DNA of 64,000 nucleotides, from positions 192,001 to 256,000 of the forward strand of contig CBDHHL010000048.1 in assembly GCA_965263355.1 (NCBI GenBank), in the 5' to 3' direction. This stretch comes from Leptolyngbyaceae cyanobacterium. GTDB taxonomy: Bacteria; Cyanobacteriota; Cyanobacteriia; Phormidesmidales; Phormidesmidaceae. A program made the translations under genes and the position numbers. The notes below the pieces were generated by a model. The model was not told the DNA's origin, made no database searches, and saw only the letters and a program-made list of their open reading frames with translations. The stretch's first letter is position 1. Each line of letters starts with the position of its first letter. This document shows, in pieces, positions 60,390-64,000 of this stretch.

Positions 60390-61883
60390 ATGGTTTCCCC
60401 TAGGGTTTTACAGACGGTTCCTCGACTGCTCAATCGCTATAGTATTCACGAAAATCTGGGAGCACGATTGGGCCGTAGAACACTACTAGGCTACGATCAC
60501 GGCCAAAAAGACTGGGTCATCATCAAATATTTATGTTTTGACGATCCCATCCAGACCCACGATATCAAACGTTTTTGTGCAGAGATTGCCGTGATCAAAA
60601 GCCTGGATCATCCTGCGATTCCAGCTTACCAAGACAATTTTGAGATCCATGACCATGGTTACCACGGTCTCATGTTGGTGCAAGAGTATATTGAGGGACA
60701 ATCTCTGTATGCGCTGATCAGCTCAGAAAAAGTCTTTACTGAGACAGAGCTGCGCGACCTCGCCTGCCAAATCCTGGAAATTCTTGACTATCTTCACAAG
60801 CAACAACCAACGATTATTCACCGAGATATTAAACCCAGTAGTTTTGTCCTGGGTTCTTACCTGAACCAAAATCCGGGACAGGTTTATTTAGTAGACTTTG
60901 GCTTAGTACAGTGTTCGGATAATACAGAAAACACCCGTGAGACTACTCCAGATACCCCTATTCTCATATCAGGCACCCCCGGCTATCGCCCACCAGAACA
61001 GTTAGGGGATCGGGCATTACCCGCTACCGATCTCTATAGTCTTGGGGCCACCCTGGTACATCTTGCCACGGGGCAACACCCTAATACATTACCCCAACGT
61101 GGTCTACGCATATTGTTTAGCCAAGAACTGGGGCACATAAGCCGCCCACTAAAGTCTTGGCTGCGTTGGCTAACCCAGCCTAAACAACATAAGCGTCCCC
61201 GGTCTGCCCAAGCTGCTCTCCAGGGGTTAAAGCAGGCCGATAAAATTTTTGAGTCGCCCTATTCGCCAACAAACCTGGGGCATCGCCTACATCGAGCCCT
61301 AGCGGAAGCTATGGCTCCAGCAAATACTCAGTTGAAAATTTTTGAGTACAGTCAAACCTTAGAGGTGCTATTCCCACCCTTAGGTTGGAAAAATAAACTC
61401 TTTTTTCAAGCGCTCTTTCAAATCGGAGTGAGCGCCATCGGCATCGGGTTAGTTTTGCAAGGAATGCCTCATTTATGGCCAAAGCTATCGGGTTTTGGAC
61501 CAAAGCTATCGGCCATTGTCATTAGTCTCGGATGGACTTACCTGCATCTTCGCTCTGGCTGCAAAGGCTTGAAAGCTATGGCAACCACCCTGTTTCAACA
61601 GGTGAGTATTCAACTCTTACCAGACATTATTTTATTGGGATATCGATTTCCTCATCGCCCCGTCGATTATCAGATTAATACCTACAAACAAGATATTGAA
61701 GATATCGATCTCCAGCCGGACACCTCCACAATTACAGTCCATCTACAGCACAATCGTACTATCACTGGCGAACTGGAACATATGCTTTCGTCCAAAGCAT
61801 TGGGAGTAACCCCATCAGAAATTAGGTGGGTCAATGATATTTTGCAGCTCTGGCTCAAGCAGCGATCATCTAAACTGATTTAA
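60390..61883 (+). CDS. Ser/Thr protein kinase with C-terminal TM region; catalytic-loop Asn replaced
   Basis: VIIK, LVQEYI, HRDIKPSS, DFG, GTPGY.PPEQ, DLYSLG. Confidence 0.85.
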   Translation: MVSPRVLQTVPRLLNRYSIHENLGARLGRRTLLGYDHGQKDWVIIKYLCFDDPIQTHDIKRFCAEIAVIKSLDHPAIPAYQDNFEIHDHGYHGLMLVQEYIEGQSLYALISSEKVFTETELRDLACQILEILDYLHKQQPTIIHRDIKPSSFVLGSYLNQNPGQVYLVDFGLVQCSDNTENTRETTPDTPILISGTPGYRPPEQLGDRALPATDLYSLGATLVHLATGQHPNTLPQRGLRILFSQELGHISRPLKSWLRWLTQPKQHKRPRSAQAALQGLKQADKIFESPYSPTNLGHRLHRALAEAMAPANTQLKIFEYSQTLEVLFPPLGWKNKLFFQALFQIGVSAIGIGLVLQGMPHLWPKLSGFGPKLSAIVISLGWTYLHLRSGCKGLKAMATTLFQQVSIQLLPDIILLGYRFPHRPVDYQINTYKQDIEDIDLQPDTSTITVHLQHNRTITGELEHMLSSKALGVTPSEIRWVNDILQLWLKQRSSKLI

Positions 61884-61906
61884 TCTCCATATGACATTGG
61901 TCTCCT

Positions 61907-62386
61907 ATGCCCCAGTTTGCCACTGCCCAGGATCAGCGCTACGCCCAAGTGCTGATGCAGCCCGCACTGATTCGCATTATTGACAATATTCGTAAACAGC
62001 TAGATGCATCTGACTGGACAGGCTCTTATCGGGATGACATAAACTGGCCGCCAGAGGCCACAGCTGACCAAAAACAACAATATTTAGCACTGCAGGACAT
62101 GCTTGAAACGGCAACTCCAGAGGAGCACGACCAAATTCAAGCCGCCCTTTCTCAGCTGCCATCCCCCGCACATATGTATGTCCTATGTCTCAAAAAGCAA
62201 GACCAGCAACAGGAAATTGACATTTGGCAACTGTGCTATCGACTCTGCAGTTCTGTCGATGCTAGCGATGGACCGATCACCATAGACACTAGCTTGCTTG
62301 ATCTGGACATTGGCGATGTGGATTGGATTGCCCTAGACCAAAAAGCACAGCAATTAGTGGAACAGGAATTTCGGACTTTGACATAA
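61907..62386 (+). CDS. Conserved cyanobacterial-type hypothetical protein
   Basis: MQPALIRIIDNIRKQL..W.G.Y..DIWQLCY..CDW-type pattern; likely co-transcribed with the kinase. Confidence 0.75.
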   Translation: MPQFATAQDQRYAQVLMQPALIRIIDNIRKQLDASDWTGSYRDDINWPPEATADQKQQYLALQDMLETATPEEHDQIQAALSQLPSPAHMYVLCLKKQDQQQEIDIWQLCYRLCSSVDASDGPITIDTSLLDLDIGDVDWIALDQKAQQLVEQEFRTLT

Positions 62387-62394
62387 TGGACCAT

Positions 62395-63204
62395 TTATTG
62401 TCCCTTTGTCTCCATCATGTCAGGCAAGCATGCACCGCACCGCCGACAATAAATCGCATCGCTTTCATGCCCTGACAAACTACAGTTATTACATTGAACA
62501 GCATTAACCGTCTGCATACGATTAATATTTTGAATCAAAATGCCAACTTGCGTAGGAATCAGGGCAATACCAGTCAAAATCATCATGACGGTGAGGATAC
62601 GCCCAGCGTCGGAAACCGGGGTGACATCGCCATAGCCGACGGTGGTCATGGTCACCACAGCAAAATACATCGCGTCTAGGAACGACCCGAAAACATTAGG
62701 GTCAACGGGATGCTCTACCTGATAAATGGCCCCTGAATATATCAATATGATGGAAATCAGCGTAAAAATGATCCGGGCGACGATCAACCCTTCACGGCCT
62801 AGCCAGCGATCTTCCTCTAAGAAGCGGGCCAGCTTAAGAATACGTAGCCAACGGATCAGCCTGAGGGCACGCGTATCAAAAACCCCTGCCAGTACGGGCA
62901 AAATCGCCACCAAATCGACAATGGCGTAGGGGCTAATGGCATAGCGCAGGGGGCGTTCCGCCGCCCACAGCCGCACCCCATACTCCAACACAAAGACCAG
63001 TAAAATCAGCCAGTCCAGTAATTTCAGCGCTTGGCGAAGAGGGGCGGAGAGGGGATAGGTCTCAGCAATAAATAAACCTGCCGAGAGCAAAATCAGGACT
63101 GCGATCGCAATATTAACCCCTAAGCCTAATGCGGTTTCAGCCTCTTCTAGCTCAGCTCGTACACGTACCCTCAGCTCTATATTTAGTAACGCTGTTAACA
63201 TCAA
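62395..63204 (-). CDS. Voltage-gated-type potassium channel with C-terminal Zn ribbon
   Basis: S4-like RALRLIRWLRILKLAR, filter TMTTVGYGD, CNNC..CRRC. Confidence 0.9.
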   Translation of the reverse strand: MMLTALLNIELRVRVRAELEEAETALGLGVNIAIAVLILLSAGLFIAETYPLSAPLRQALKLLDWLILLVFVLEYGVRLWAAERPLRYAISPYAIVDLVAILPVLAGVFDTRALRLIRWLRILKLARFLEEDRWLGREGLIVARIIFTLISIILIYSGAIYQVEHPVDPNVFGSFLDAMYFAVVTMTTVGYGDVTPVSDAGRILTVMMILTGIALIPTQVGILIQNINRMQTVNAVQCNNCSLSGHESDAIYCRRCGACLPDMMETKGQ

Positions 63205-63950
63205 ATACCGATATTAAATAATCAGATTTTATTGACAAGCGACTAATCCAAAAAATCACCTTATAAAAGAGCGATTAAAATAAAAGACTTAAATCAATAG
63301 TTAAACCATAATATTGTTATCAACATAGTAGTTAGCACTTACACCAGAGCATACATTAATCCCTGAAACCCTTACAAGAAGGTTATTGAGAAAACTCAGT
63401 TATTATTTTGAAATATTTCATGAGTATTTACCCTCAATCTAAACATACTTTTGTAAAGACGGTTAACTTATGCAACACAGTTAAGCTTCTGCCATTGCTA
63501 ACCCTGTAAGTTAATTCCAATCAGATCTGTAAGGCTCCGTTCTTGTTTCTATCTTGGAGCCAGCGAGATTCTTGGATAAGCCAAGAATGGAGCTTTTTTT
63601 CTCATCACGTCGAACATTATCAATCTCTGAAACTCAATTGAATGACTAAATTGCAGATGCGCTTAGATAGGTGCGTCTGAGTTATTTAAAAATTCGCCCT
63701 TAACTTGTAGAAGCAGGTATTGCTTTTGCTAGATCACCTATTTATATAGGCTCTAGCTAAAAGCACTTGTAAGCTTTTGCTAGTTTCTCTTGCTTGCAAA
63801 AGTCTTCTTTTGTTGAGGTTTTTCTCTTTGTGCAGTTCCTGCGCAGAGATTGTTTCACAAAAGTCTTCTTTTGTGCAGTTCTTGTGCAGAGATTACTTAG
63901 GAGATTGTTTTTTTCATGTTTTCTTAGAAAACAAAAGGAGAGGAGTTCGG

Positions 63951-64000
63951 ATGACCATAAGTCCCCCGGAAACGGGGAGCAAAGCAAAGGTTGTGGTCGA
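63951..64000 (+). CDS. psaA: Photosystem I P700 apoprotein A1 (5' end; runs off window)
   Basis: Not in ORF track. AGGAGAGGAG RBS, then ATG reading MTISPPETGSKAKVVV(D), matching the PsaA N-terminus MTISPPE..K.KV.VD. Confidence 0.88.
   Translation, partial: MTISPPETGSKAKVVV

Noticed and set aside
63945..63980. CRISPR-repeat-like or GNRA hairpin GTTCGGATGACCATAAGTCCCCCGGAAACGGGGAGC at the window end
   Set aside because: It is the start of the psaA coding sequence (MTISPPETGS) behind a strong RBS; single copy.
63757..63987. 76-aa minus-strand ORF
   Set aside because: Antisense to the psaA start and its repeat-rich leader; no recognisable protein features.

Overview
Cyanobacterial chromosomal core region: photosystem I/II and NDH-1 genes are present and there are at least 21 HIP1 GCGATCGC octamers. 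1-16 kb holds the ribosomal-protein supercluster split into two divergent halves. rplN(partial)..rplC lies on the minus strand and rpmJ-rpsM-rpsK-rpoA-rplQ-truA-rplM-rpsI-rpmE-prfA on the plus strand, with ndhN-ldpA-ycf45-psb27 between them. 16-48 kb is mostly housekeeping (Mre11/SbcD-like nuclease, RRM protein, crtB, glyA, cinA, aroQ, gpmI, secG, tkt, fabF, acpP, psaC, ftsX, def, amidase). 49-63 kb is more accessory (an uncharacterised two-gene paralog pair, a CBS-PAS-GGDEF-EAL protein, a large SNF2 helicase, DUF1350, argC, a Ser/Thr kinase and a K+ channel). The window ends in the first 17 codons of psaA. Four genes are missing from the ORF track: rplN 5' end, rpmJ, a 42-aa small protein and the psaA 5' end. 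Best leads: (1) the 49192-50293 pair, whose second protein appears to be an Sm/Hfq-like domain fused to a diverged copy of the first protein; (2) an orphan, highly structured + strand RNA candidate at 58998-59163; (3) a 26-bp-period palindrome array enclosed by an inverted repeat in the acpP leader; (4) long structured leaders before tkt, the RRM gene and psaA; (5) three enzymes with substituted catalytic residues. No rRNA, tRNA, CRISPR array or transposase was seen. All calls are by eye; no searches or folding programs were run.
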